The position numbers were made by a program, and so were the translations under genes. The notes below the pieces were generated by a model, which was not told the DNA's origin, did no database searches, and saw only the letters and a program-made list of their open reading frames with translations. A stretch of DNA of 55,563 nucleotides, filler included, from Bipalium vagum (taxonomy: Eukaryota), in the NCBI GenBank assembly GCA_037834085.1. It is 3 parts of 3 records of this genome, joined end to end, with 100 filler letters (N's around TTAATTAATTAA, not from the genome) between each part and the next. Parts side by side here need not be neighbours in the genome. Positions count along the whole stretch, not along the records: positions 16,338 to 32,119 come from JBBMKC010146019.1; positions 32,220 to 55,563 come from JBBMKC010209819.1; 1 more part is not named here. One strand, 5' to 3'. Numbering within the stretch: position 1 is the stretch's first letter; every line of letters starts with the position of its first letter. Shown piece after piece: positions 26,171 through 39,242 of the stretch.

Positions 26171-28424
26171 ATGATAAAATTAAATAATTCTACTGTTAAA
26201 CTAATATCAAGTAGTTATGTTATTTCATCAGTCGAGACTGTTATAAAAGAACTTGTTGAAAATGCACTAGATGCTGAATCGACAAGAGTCTTCATATATT
26301 TAGTAAGTCTTAAATCTTTTGATTTGTTCTAAAGTTTCTTGTAGAAACGATTCGGATTAGATAAAATTGATGTGATTGACAATGGTCATGGGTTTTTAGA
26401 CGGGACAATGATATGTCAAAGACATTGTACCTCTAAAATTTCGGAATTTTCTGATATCGAAAATGTTGAAACATTTGGATTTAGGGGTGAAGTTCTCTCT
26501 TCTATTTGTGCAGTATCAAATTTATCAATCACGTCCAATAGTAATGCTAATATTTCTTCTATTGGCAGGACATGGATGTTTGATAAGATGGGAAATATTA
26601 TTGCTCATTCTTCCGTTGCTGCCAATCAAGGTATACCGATTTTTCTTTTCTTATTTGCTTAATCTTAAAACCAATTGTAAGAATATATATACCTTTATAT
26701 ATCTCTTATAGGAACTACAATATCAGTATCGAATATATTCCACAATTTGCCAGTGCGCTGTCAAATCTACAAGTCGTTATATGTTTTACAAAAATCCTTG
26801 AAAGCTATCATCCATATTTTGTACGAATTATACTTGTCCCGTAAGAACATTCACATAAAGCTGTTTAATGACAATAATATGATTTTGAATCTTCCATCGA
26901 CGTCTTCGAGGAAGGATTCCATTTCTTTTGTATTGGGAACAAGTAAGTTCAAATTTTTCAACGAGCTCAACAAATCGGAAACGAGAGATGACGGTTCCCA
27001 TCTGGAATTGAATTTATTCATTCCCAAATGTACTGAAAATGATATGGTCGGATTAACTAATCACGATTACAAGGACAATTGCTATTTATTTATTAATAAT
27101 CGACCCGTGGATGTTCCGGCATTGTTTAAGGTCGTGCGCAATGTTTACAGCACTTTGAAAGATAATCGTATGAGATATCCATCTTTTTTTCTCTATCTCG
27201 TTATACCACCTTTGTGGGTTGATGTTAATGTGGACCCGGACAAAAAGAAAGTCAAATTGAGATTCATCGATCTTGTCACGGATTTCATTGAATTGAATTT
27301 GAAGGAGTTTTATGAATCTCTTTTAAAGGAATCGCTTCCTATTGATTCCAATGAAACTTTAAGTAAAAACAATGTTTCATTTCATATTGATACTCCAGAT
27401 CCTTCTCTTCCCATCAAATACGTCAGACCTATCAAAGCAGCAGTCTTAGATGATAAAATATCAATTTCTTCTTTAGAATCGAATCAGGTTGTTTTATCAA
27501 ACTCTAAAGATCTGTTATCGAAACCTGAAATCAATGACAGTACGGATTCAAGTTTATTAGAAAAGAGTGACCTGACAGTCGAAGGAGAGAAATTTCAGAG
27601 AAATTTCCCATTAGGTCGTTTAGAATGTATTGAAAATCATCCAGTTTCAAATGTAAATCTGAAACGATGTGTAAGTAATGAATTTGACCCATACATACAA
27701 TCAAACAAAAATTATTGAAGTCTTTAATTCTGATGACACCATTCAATGTTTTATTAAAAATATTAATAATTATAATTATGATAATAATAGTATTTATATA
27801 ATAAATTTATAAAGTATTTATTTATATGTATTTTATTTTATTACAGTTATATTATGATTATTATTTAGATTATAATTAATTAAGTTATACTATTTTTATG
27901 TAATTAGTAATTATTATTATATTAGTAATAATTATGTAATTCTAAATTTGTGTTGATAATAATTTATGTTGAACTTAGACAAAAAAGTTAACGTGTTTTA
28001 TTAAAATAAAGGTAACAACCGATATTGATTTTGACGAGAATGAATCAAGGAAAAGATTTAGAAATGGACAATTTTCAGAAATCATTGAAAAAAATGACTT
28101 TATTAGTCCAAATGCTAATGGCAGGTGTGAGGAGAATATTCAAGAACAGAATTCAGCTCAAATATCGTTGCAGTCTCTTGGAAAAGAAAATAAATCTGTA
28201 GAAAGCTTATTGACTTCCAATAATTTGCGATTGGTTGCTGTTTGGGAATTGTTCGTTATCTTCCTAGACACAAAGAGCTTAGAGAAAGGTGTAAAGAATG
28301 ACCAACATGATCTGGTTATTTATCACAGGGATAATTTGATATTTTCCAGTATTTATTTCAAAAATATTGCTACGATGCAGATACCAGCCATGAAACTGGT
28401 TAATCCAATAGTGATCAATGAAAG
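26171..28424 (+). CDS. PMS1: PMS1-type MutL mismatch repair ATPase (GHKL); exons 26171-26302, 26345-26630, 26712-27670, 28012-28424; 3' end unresolved
   Basis: The spliced frame gives MIKLNNSTVKLISSSYVISSVETVIKELVENALDA, DNGHG, RHCTSK, TFGFRGEVLSSI, QG|TT, NLPVR, FINNRPVD and VDVNVDPDK, all MutL N-terminal motifs. GT..AG introns of 42, 81 and 341 nt keep the frame. Exon 4 ends SIYFKNIATMQIPAMKLVNPIVINE followed by AG|gtaagc, resembling vertebrate PMS1 [26 protein letters not shown]. No PMS2/MLH3 DQHA(x)2E(x)4E motif. Confidence 0.85.
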
Positions 28425-29119
28425 GTAAGCTATGATATATTCTCTCTCGACTTTTCGGCTCCATATTCTTTTTCAATAAACACTTTGCTCCGCCAACCAA
28501 TTTGATTGGTTCGTTGATATCACGCTCTTTTATAAAAAATAACAAGCTCATAATGACGATCGAGGTTTCATTTCTGAAGTACAAAGTGAGATTTGAAAGG
28601 AATAAATAAATACTTCTACGCTTAATGGCAATCTAACATAGACAGTACCACCTATGAACACATGGTCATCTCTATTTTTCAGTAGACAATTTCGTAGTAA
28701 TCGAAAACTTTTTTGTGAGATCAATAAAGAAATTAAATGGTTTCAATAAATGAAAATCATTAATAATTTAAATGATTTTCTGTTAGTGTCACAATATTAC
28801 GGATCGGTCTGTTTTTTTTATACAAGAAATACTTTAGTATGAAAAATAAGTATAATAAAAAAAATATATGTAAAATAAGTATATTATTTCTCATCTCTTT
28901 AGCAGTTGTTAAAATAATTTTATTCTTTTGGTTCTCCATATATAGAACAACATTTTCTTTTAATGAATATTCCGCTTTGGTGTCAATTTGGGTGGTTGTC
29001 CTGGGTCAATTATTTATTTACCTTGTACAATGGGCTTCGCTTAATACGATATTATCGTAATAACTGATATAATATATTAAAAGAAGTTTAATTAGTAAAA
29101 TGCAATATTATTTAAAAAA

Positions 29120-30300
29120 GATCAAATTGATTCTAAAAAATAAATTAATAAAACATACGTAACTTTTGCTTTGTTTTTTTAGGGTATTTTTGCAGTATTT
29201 AATATGCCATCTTCAATTACATATTTAATTCCATTTGAGCACCATGATTATTTTCTTGAAGGTTTTTGCGAATGCAAATGACCGAGGATAACGCATCCTT
29301 AGGGCTGATATATTGTTCCACTTTGTCAGTTAAATTATCAGTTTCAGTAAAGGAATCATATTTGTCGCGTTTTTTTCATAGTTTCATCATGATATCCGTG
29401 TCTTTATCATACTCAATAAATATCAAGGTTTTCCAGTTTCATGATTTTATCAGTATTATTTTCGTCAAGTAATATGTCTGAAACAATTTCTGTCATTTGG
29501 AATAAAGTGACTATTGAAAACATTTCGTAATTGAATTAGGATTAACTAAGGACTAAGGATGTTTCGCAGTATAACAATAGTTATAGAATAATCGGAAACT
29601 GTAAATTTATTGTTCTTATCCAAAATTGCTCTTAAGTGACGTAAAATATTTTGACTGCATTATCAATAAATAAAACAACTTTCCTGTTTTAATTGAGTGT
29701 GCGGTGCCTTAACTTTTCTAGAATATCATTGAATATAGACTTTTGTCATCCATTCTTTATTACTAAAGTATTACGGTAGAGAAACTAACTTATTTTTAAA
29801 ATACCATGGACTTCGAAATTTAATAATTGCATTAATCATTTTATCTGAGCCATTGAATTTGTAAAAATAAAGTCAACCTGTCTTTAGAATTTTTATATTC
29901 AGTTACCGTATATAGTTTATGACAAAATTGTGTTCCATTTGTTGACCTACACTGCACTTGTAGTGAATGTGTTATCGTTTTTCCACCGTTCAATCTACAA
30001 TACATCTGGATTATAAGAAAAAAGCATCAGATCACTTAAATGCTTCGGTTTTTACAGAAGTCATGCAATTTTTCTCTTGTCGCTTTTCAAACCACTTAAA
30101 CAAGCTTCATCCAGTTCAACTACCGTATAATTTCGAAATCTCTTTATTCTTTCTTATTAAAATAGAACATTTAGCGAATCCTAATCTCATTAGAAAATTG
30201 TTTCAGAATTTTTAAAGCATTATATATTGTAGTTTTGAAACATAAATCATGACTTTAAATCGAAGTTATTTTTGTATTCACTGCTTAAAAGTTTAAAATT
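29120..30300 (-). mobile_element. Degenerate pogo/Tigger transposase
   Basis: The minus strand shows ELDEACL/FKWF (CENP-B HTH-like) near 30090 and the C-terminal ISPKDALSSVICIRKNLQE..KKQSKVT near 29170-29300. Confidence 0.6.
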
Positions 30301-30422
30301 TTCTAAAATTTAATATCATATAACGTATTAAAAGAAATTAAAACATTGAAAAATTTAATTCGTACTAGACCATTTATCGTATTAAACTATATTTTATTAA
30401 CAAATATATTTTTATGTTAATA

Positions 30423-30492
30423 TAGTGAAACCTGTCAATGTTCGGCACCACTGGGATTGAAAATTTTGTCCAAAATATAAAGGTTTCACTGT
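30423..30492. mobile_element. Tiny pogo-type MITE/terminus
   Basis: AGTGAAACCT...AGGTTTCACTG|TA inverted ends, the same TIR family as 52613-52735. Confidence 0.55.
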
Positions 30493-30519
30493 AGTATACA
30501 TGAGAAAACGACTTCAGTT

Positions 30520-30900
30520 ATAATATCACAATATCCTCATTATCATATTAAGCGAAGTCCACTGCATGTTCAATTTTCCTCTGTACTCAGTGAGGTGCTA
30601 AAAATTTTTTTCTATTTTGCCTTTCAAACAAAATTCACATATTTTCCGTCTTTCCACCTCTTTTCCTTTCAAATCATATGGCAACAATCTTCATCCTTCA
30701 AGTTTCCCATGACTGCCAAGCGCAAAAAATTACTGTACTACTTTATATTTCAGTGTTCACTGGACACTGAAATCAATCATGAAAAGTCTGAACCCTTCTC
30801 AGCATGGTTTATCGCTCAAAGTAATTTCACCATAAGCTCCCATGATCATTCGATGACGAAAATTTTTTCTTGTTCTCCAGGATTTATTTTATGAGATATT
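30520..30900 (-). mobile_element. Mariner 5' fragment
   Basis: LLPYDLKGKEVERRKICE resembles Mos1-type WVPHEL..ERRK.CE. Confidence 0.55.
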
Positions 30901-31299
30901 TTCCAAATTTATTTAAAATTAATTCTCAAGAATAATTTATCTTTTATATTGAAAAGTAATTAATTTATAATGGTTTTTTTTTAATTATGCTGAATATTTT
31001 TGTAAAAATGTAAAATTGATCTCTTTCATTAAAGTAACTCATCAGTTTTCCAAGAACTCAGAAATTGTCCGGTTCAGTTAATTCACAACAAAATCACAAA
31101 TGAGGATTTTCACCTTATCAGTAGTCCACATTTCATAAAAAATGGATTTCGTATTCATAGTGTAAAGAAGGGTAATTTTTTTCAATATTTGTATTACGTG
31201 GCATCAAAAATTAATATTTTCTCAGTGAAATGATTTTGATCATATTCCGAACCGTTCAAAAAAGATAATTAAAAACAAACACAAATAATTTTCGATTTA

Positions 31300-31560
31300 C
31301 AAATTCCTCGATTGAATATTTTGTCGCCACATCCTTTCATATTGATATGATTCCTTAGTCACCGTTCATTGACACGATCTTAGTCTTCAGTTTCACCAAA
31401 ACCGATTCAATTATTTGGGTATGAGCATTTTTAGACAGTTGGGAATAGGCTCTCCATTTCGTGTACCAGAGCCATGAAACACGATCAGTGTTTCATTTTG
31501 ATGTGCATTCTGTGAATATTTTGCCATTACCATCGCATTTATCTAGCATAAGCTAACACA
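31300..31560 (-). mobile_element. Merlin transposase 3' fragment
   Basis: AHTQIIESVF..YERMWRQ resembles HTQ.IES.W..YL.EFMWR. Related sequence at 54470-54560. Confidence 0.55.
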
Positions 31561-32119
31561 GGTATTATAAATTACCTGTTAGTAATAACAGACTGTTTTC
31601 TCTTAAAAACAGAATTGCATCGGATGGAGAAATAAACTATGTTGTTTATCAATATAATATTCATTTCTTTATTATCAACATGAAAAAGTTGAGTATTTAT
31701 ATAAAATCGGTCAAAAAAAATTGATTTAAAAAAGAGACTCGTTAGTCATTTCGGTTAAAGAAAAACATGATCCGATAATTTTATTTATTTTCCATAAAAC
31801 ATTTACATTCTCTAATTTAAAGTGATTTACAGGTATTTATATACAGATATCTTAAATAATGATCAATTAAAATTGCCTTTTAAAATGCTTTACAATTAAT
31901 AAAACGTGCTTAATAAAACAGTAGTGATTTTAAAAATTATACGATTATATTTATTAAAATACATAATTTCCAAAAAAATATTTATATATATTAATACATT
32001 ATATACATTATATACAGGGTGCGCATAAAGTCCTTGGACTACTTTTGAATAGATATAATAATAGTAAAATGTTATTGAAAATTACTAATTTGTATATAAA
32101 TTTATTCCTTATTTAATAA

Positions 32120-32219
32120 NNNNNNNNNNNNNNNNNNNNNNNNNNNNNNNNNNNNNNNNNNNNTTAATTAATTAANNNNNNNNNNNNNNNNNNNNNNNNN
32201 NNNNNNNNNNNNNNNNNNN
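32120..32219. other. Assembly gap with TTAATTAATTAA linker; a Tc1-type TIR (TA|CAGGGTGCGCATAAAGTC, ~32015) runs toward it
   Basis: 44 N + linker + 44 N. Confidence 0.97.
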
Positions 32220-32565
32220 CATCCATATAAGTTCATATAAAACACGTTTTATAGCCTTTTTATGTCTTAACTTCTAATATTGGACCACTTTTGAAACTTT
32301 GTTGTCCAAAATAGAAGTTGCACTGTACTTCAATTTTAACAGTTTCTCTTAAATGCCTTGAATTTGTGTGAATTTTTATCGTAATTAAAAGTTTATTTTC
32401 ATTTAATTTTTCATTGAAAATTGTTGCTTTTTAACAAAAAAATTGTTAATAATTATAATCGAATAATAATTATTATAATTCAGATTAAAACCATTATTTT
32501 ATTTATTTATAATATTATTTGAAGTAGATTTTTAGTGATCATAAAAATTGAATTTTTATTTACAT

Positions 32566-35500
32566 TTATTTATAAAATAAATATTTTTTAATAAAGAAAA
32601 AATTACTGTTTTTGCTTTCGAGATCTATAAGGCTTTCAAAGATATCATTGTCCATTTTCGATTCATCAAATTCATCTTTAAGTATTTCTCTAAACCATTA
32701 AAATATAAAGAAAGTGTAAGTTATAAACTTCACTTTTGTTTCCACTTCTCAATAATATCTTTATCGATATCCAATACCTTTTTTGGCACAATTTCGATAA
32801 TTCGATAGTTCTCAGGGAGCGTCCTGTAGTAGATCGTTGACAATCGAGGAATTTGAATCTCTTCTTCACTATTTAAGATCGCTGTTTGTGTAGGACTAGA
32901 TGCTTGTGTTTTGGATTTTCTCCCAAGGTTCATAAGGTAATCATCATCAAAGATATCATCGGATTCTTCTATTGCAACCACTTCCGACATTTTGGTTACA
33001 TTGTCCAAAAAAACTGGAGACTGCTTCTTCAAAATAATGTCAACTAATCTCTGATTTGCCTTTGACACCATTGGAACATTATTAACGTTTTCCTTGAACT
33101 CTACATCCCCTTCCAGAGTTATGCTAAATATCATGCCATCAGATAATTCTACGACTTTTGAACAGTTTGGATTCTTAAAAAAACAAATATCTCAAATAAT
33201 TTTATTTATTATTTTATATAATATTGGGTTGACTGGAATGCTCGTGCGTTTTTAATTAAAAAAAGATATTTTTCAGAAAAAATCTTTTTATTAACAAATA
33301 TTTTTATTAACAAAAATATAAACACCATTCTGTACAATATGTTGTTTCCATCTCCCAGGTAATGTCATATTCCATTTACACAAATATTTATCTTTTTGTT
33401 CTCCAAAGCTCTCCAAGAGCAATTTGGTTATGAAATCTGTGATGAATATTTTATCGACCAGTAAGGTTAGCAAAGATGGAATAAATGATATTCTTGTGGT
33501 GCAATACCAGGACTATATGGAGGATGTAATAAAATATCGCAACCGAGCTCCAATAATTTTCTCTGGGTGATCAAACATTTGTGCGGCATTATCATGATTG
33601 AGGAATAATTTTTCGATATGCCAACTCTGGACGTTTCTTTTGCAATATTTTATCAACATTTTTTAATTGTTGACAATAAATATTGGAATTAAAAGCGCAT
33701 AAATGCATGCAGGTAAAATATTAATTTTAAATTGTTTCATTTTTATTAATAAATATATTTTATAAATTATTTTTTATAATCATAGTAAAATTCTTAAAAC
33801 TTATTGAAATTTAATTTCAGTAATGTTTCAATCAAATTACAACAGTAGTGCTTTAAGAATGAGAATTCATGGTTTCTCCTTCATGATCGTGCTCTGTGCC
33901 ATAGAAGTCAGAGAGTGAAAGATTGGACTGCGATAAAAGAACGGAATGTACTAAACTTTCCTTCAAAAACCTCAAATTTAAATCAAATAGAAAATTTATG
34001 GTTTGTCCATGTTTATTCTATTGTAATCGGATCTCTATGTTAAAAACAAGGAAATCGTTTGCCCTTATACATGTTTTGATCTTCATAATTTGTTTGTTCA
34101 CGTAGTGTATTATTTATATTTTAATTTGACAGTTAAAATTCAGAAAATTCCGATACTTTATAAGCACTATCATAGAAAATAATCGCTGGTTATTTTGCTG
34201 AAAAAGGATAATGGAGTTCTTGGTACAGAACTTATTTGCGATAAATTCTTTTTCCAAATGACGAAAATAGTAGGATAATTTTCAAGGTAGTCAAAAATTT
34301 GTTCAAAAGATATCCAAAACAGTTTAATATTTTTGGAATGATAAACTATTCTAAATAGCATTTGTTCTAATTCAAACATTTTGAGATTTATTCTATAGAA
34401 CCATTAGAAAAGATCTAAAAAAAAACCCTTGTTAAAGAATTTTCTTCTGGTCTGGTGCAATTTTTGAGCCCCAATGTCATTAACGTCTTCTACCTTTTAT
34501 TCAATATCGATCCAAAATAAACCAAACAAGAATAACAATATTTTTTATAAAAAAGATTTGTACTTCATTTCAAATCATTTTTTCAATTGTCTTAAAGTTT
34601 TAATCAAAATGCAAAATAAATTATTCATTTCATCTTACAATGTTAACCATTGACCTTCTTTGAACCCTGCCTGCTGATTTTCTTGAACTTATTGGAGCCG
34701 TTGTAATGTACTGCTGAATGAAAATCAAGCCACTTCTTTCTCTGGAAATCTTGACCTCCAAAGATTCTGCAAGAGACACTACCTCAATCCATATATACCA
34801 CGATTTTGATTCAAAGAAAAGGAAGACAAGGAATATTCCTTTTACAATATTACTGACATATTCCATACGAGACAATGACTGTCTAACTTTACCTTCGCGG
34901 TTGCTTCTTGGTTCTACTAAAACAAATCTATAAATTTTAAACTTTATCAGTGGAGTATTTGAAAGGAAACAAACGTTCCAAAATATTTTGATTCAAAAGT
35001 AAAAGTATTTTTGGTGAAACTGATTCGACTTTCTACTGCTTCCCAGTTTCCTTGCCGTTTACATAAAATCATGAGTTCAGAGTTCTTAGGGTTACCCTCT
35101 GGATTGCGAGTTATAATTTCTGCCCATTCAGGTAGAGGCAGTTTGATGGTTATATGTCGCTTGAATTCAACAGGAGGAAACTCAAACGAAATCATTGGAG
35201 ACACATTTACTAAATTACTCAATTCCTGAGGATAGCAATGAGACATATCCCTAATCAAAGAGTTGTCATTTGGCAAATACTGAATGATGCTTAATATTGA
35301 ATAGCGAACAAAATAATACTTGGAGAAAACAGGCATTATCAATAGAACAAGAATTTTTCGGTATTCTCAAAGAAACCATAGGGTGAATTCTGGTATTGAT
35401 TAAACCACCTTTAAAGTTTATGTTTATACTTTCAAACGGTTGAGATTGAACTATGCCAAAGAAACCCCATTTGTCAGTAGTAAACGTAACTCCTTCTGGT

Positions 35501-37791
35501 TTCTAAATATATAAATTTCAAACATTACTATTTGTAATTTTACGATTTTGCTTAAATATTAATAAACAGGAAACATAAAAGTTATGATATAAAATACGAT
35601 GAGATTATTATGTTTGTGAATTAATTCGATCCGTTTTATTGTCAATTAATTATTGATTTTTTTAAACATAATAACTGAAGACGTATTTATTTTTTGTTTT
35701 TTTTAAATATTTTTCTTATATTTTGATAATAAGCGTTTGAAATTGTAACAATAACATGAATACCACGTTTAACGGGACACCCTTTGGAATCGGTTCAGCT
35801 ATCTGTTTTGGCAAGGTGTCCGCTTGAATGAATTTAATTATTACTTAATTATTATAAAATCGCCCCGATTGGTTTTGTCCGTTTTTGAGAGTGTGTCCTC
35901 TTAGTTGAGTGTCTTAAAACGAAGTCTGAATGTGTCAGGTAACGAACTAAGTTTTTTCGTTTTTTAATTAAAAACTAAACTAAGACTGAAGTTAAATTTA
36001 ACTTATTAATCATAAAACGTTATTAAACAATTAATCGTCCAGATATTCCCAATCTTTTTCTATTACTGCCTCCCATATATTTAGAAGTTTATTGATCCCA
36101 GTATTAAAGAAATCTCGATCTTTTGAATGAAAGAACGAAAGTACTTCATTCTTTATACCTTCGGAACTCTTAAAATTTTTACCCATCAAGTGATTCTAGA
36201 ATACCCGGAACAAATAAAAATCGGATGAGGCGATATCGAGACCTTATGGCTGATGTTCCATTAAAGTCCAGTTCAATTCGTGAATAACCTTCAATGTCTT
36301 CATTTTTTTGTGAGGCTTGGCATTATCTTGGTGGAAAATCACTTGTTCTCGGTTTATCAAACTGCTCCGGTTTTCCTTCATAATGGCATGAACTCTTCTT
36401 AGCATGTCATAGTAGAAGTCAGAATTAAGGGTTTCCCCGGATTTGAGAAACTCCTGATAAATAATTCCACGAAAATCCCACCAAATGCATAAAAGAACTT
36501 TGTTTCGTGTATGGGTGCGTTTTTCAATTTTGGTGGAGGCTCTCCTTTCAACGATCACGATCTTCGTACCATTATATTGTCATGATAGATCCACTTTTCA
36601 GCGCAAATGACTATCAGGTCAAGAAAAGGATCATTTCACTTTCTTTCGAGAAGTCTTCAATAAATTTCAATACGATCCAACTTGTTTTTCTCAGCTAGTT
36701 GGTTTGAACCCATTTGTCGAATTTACAAGTGAATCCTAACACTTTCAGGTTTCTTATGGCTGTATCGCTTATATTTAACACAGAGGAGATTTGTTTAGCA
36801 CTAATTTATCTGTTTTGTTCAAAAAGGTCCATAATTTAAAAATTCTTCAACTCTTTGGCCTTCCAGACCTCTCTTTGTCTTCCAATGAAAAATCGCCACT
36901 ATTGAATTTTTTGAACCAATTTTCACTGTTCGCAGTTGCATTGTTATTTCACCAAGCACCTCGTTCAAAAATTCAACACTCAAAGAATTCTTGAGTTTTG
37001 GAGTCAAAAAGCCGAAACAGATCAATTTTAACATCATTCAAGGAATATTACTTTTTACCGATAAAAAAATTAGACATTGACAAGAAAACATGATAATCCG
37101 TTGGGCTAATGTTCGTACTATATGGTGGATGTGGTAAATATTTACAGCTTAATTTTCTTATAGTCTTTTCGTGTATGGTTTGGCGATATCATGAAGTAGG
37201 TTAATACCTTTTCGATCGACTTGTTCCTTTTTATTATAAAAAGACATTTAAACTATCTTATGAAGAATTAATTTTAACCAAAATTTATCTCATTAAGGAG
37301 CAGAAAGTCTGAGTGTCTTAAAAATCTTTTATATTATCATTCATTTTAAATCTTAACCTACAAACGACCTAATAATTTATCGAACTTCAGGGATTGTTTC
37401 CTGATTTTAGAGAGGTTTCCCGGTATTAATGAGCGTCAATCATTAAACATTAAATAAACTTACAAAATCAATTTTATTTATCTGATTCCACTGGAGCTTG
37501 TCTGTTGTCCTGGAAATTAAATGACAATAACGATTTGCAACCGTTATGGTTGGAATGAAAATTGTCACTGGTCTGTTCAGGAAACTTTTGCTGAAAATGA
37601 GAAAAATCTCGCTTATTAAAATGTCTTGATATTTCAGTGCTATGGGGAAATCTTGTCTCTTGTTAGGCGGAACTATGTAACTCGAAATCATAACTTTTGC
37701 ATTGAATAAATTCTCTTCAATGGTGATTTTACACTTTCCCATCAGTTCAAATTGACCTCCTTTTTTGGTAACTTCCACTTCAAGTTTTTCT
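32566..37791 (-). CDS. ZU5-domain (ZU5-ZU5/UPA-like) protein, DTHD1/PIDD/ankyrin-related; exons 37791-37464, 35502-35320, 35279-34975, 34927-34639, 33173-32734, 32689-~32566
   Basis: Frame-consistent GT..AG junctions (short introns of 40, 47 and 44 nt, plus two large transposon-filled introns). ZU5-like segments: VTKKGGQFEL..LISEIF..FLNRPVTIFIP and INFKGGLINTRIHPMVSLRIPKNS..VSPMISFEFPPVEFKRHITIKLPLP..LMILCKRQGNWE..FTFESKYFGTF. Start and true stop are uncertain. Confidence 0.7.
33221..34150 (-). mobile_element. Degenerate mariner inside an intron of the ZU5 gene
   Basis: HDNAAQ, HPPYSPGIAP and TLPGRWKQHIVQNGVY. TIR-like TATTGGGTTGAC at ~33222. Confidence 0.75.
35935..37100 (-). mobile_element. 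Defective mariner inside the 35503-37463 intron of the ZU5 gene
   Basis: DFSLEDKERSGRP, KWVQT, EKWIYHDN, KVLLCIWWDFRGIIYQEFL, FHQDNAKPH and HQP*GLDIASSDFYLFR. Stop at 36031-36033. Left TIR-like TCAGGTAACGAACTAAG. Confidence 0.9.
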
Positions 37792-37792
37792 C

Positions 37793-37820
37793 TAATAATA
37801 ATAATAATAATAATAATAAT
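37793..37820. repeat. (TAA)n microsatellite at an intron 3' end; a similar (TTA)n tract lies at ~39214-39241
   Basis: Direct reading. Confidence 0.9.
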
Positions 37821-39211
37821 ATATTTTTATGCTTTTATACATTAGACTGTTTAAAATTTCATTATTAGGTAATTTCTGTCTTTATCTAATTTTAAATATT
37901 AAATTTATTTATTATTAGTTAATTTAAAAAATGAAATAAAGTTATTTAATTTTTAATATTTATGTGGATACTCCCAGGCCCAGTTCCCAATTCGTCGGCT
38001 CAATCCAGTTTCCAATCCAGTTCAAATATGAAATAACAATAATTTGAACTTTTTTATAACAAACTTTTGGTGTTTAGTTTTGTGTTTTTATTTGTTATTA
38101 TTAATTTAAATTTTATTTTTATATTTTATGTAATAGTTAAAATCCAGATTTAATTTTCTTGTTATCTGTTGACTAAGAATAAACAAAATAATATAGAATA
38201 TAAAATTTAATAATTAAAATATAAAAATTATGTATTGTTTAATAAAACAAAAAATATAATATAATAATTATTATAATTAATATACAATAATATTTTATAT
38301 AATAATTTAGAAATTATTAACATAAAGTTACTATTAAAAATAAAATAATATAATATAAATAATCGGATTAATTAAAAAGACAGACAACAAATTAATTACA
38401 AAAAGCAGGTGAAAAAAATTATATTTCAAAAACCAGCAGAATAGTTCAGAGACCAGCATAATCGTAAAACTAGCAGCAAATTTTTTTAACAACGGCACTT
38501 CAGGAAGGGAAAAAATTAATTAAACGTATCTAGTATTCAAACCAGTACCAGCAAGTAGCCCGCATGACAATAGAAGAAACAACTGCTTTTGGTATAAAAG
38601 AAACAATAAATTTAAGCGAAAACAACAGAAAAAAAAGAACCAAATTGAGAAACAGCAGCCCACAATTCAAAGACTGTCACAGACGATTAATTATTACAAT
38701 AAGTAAAATTTTTGTTAAACTAACTTATTCATTAGGGAATTTGATTCCAGATTCCACTGACTAATTAATTCAAAATAATTTTCTGTTTCAAACAGAAAAA
38801 CGATTCTCAAATAACGAAAACCCCTTAACTATAATTCGATTTGAAATTATAAGTTAAAGGTTAATTAAATTAAATAAATACTAAAGGTTTAAAGCTACTT
38901 CAAGTTTCGGTTAAATTCTTAAACCAGTATAATATTAATATAAATACTCCTATTATTTTTAATACGAAAACTTCCGAGTATTATTTTTTATGTATAATTT
39001 CTTATTTGGTTTAATAAAGAATATATCAAATTATATTATTTTGTAAAAATTATACATAAATGAAAAATTAATAATTATTAAATTAAAATAATTACTAATA
39101 ATTATAATCTTAATATTAAATTTTATAGATGAATGATAAAGATCTTTTAAAAAGTTCAAAACGTTTAATAAAAATAATATTTTAATTTCTTACATATTGA
39201 ATCACTATCTG

Positions 39212-39242
<31 letters not shown>

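Noticed and set aside
28297-28330. DQH tripeptide in the MutL C-terminal exon, suggesting an endonuclease motif
   Set aside because: It reads DQHDLVIYHRD, lacks the E(x)4E residues and appears out of register with the motif position.
30165-30215. HLANPNLIR as a possible PMS1 3' exon
   Set aside because: It would need a frameshift and lies antisense within a Tigger-like relic.
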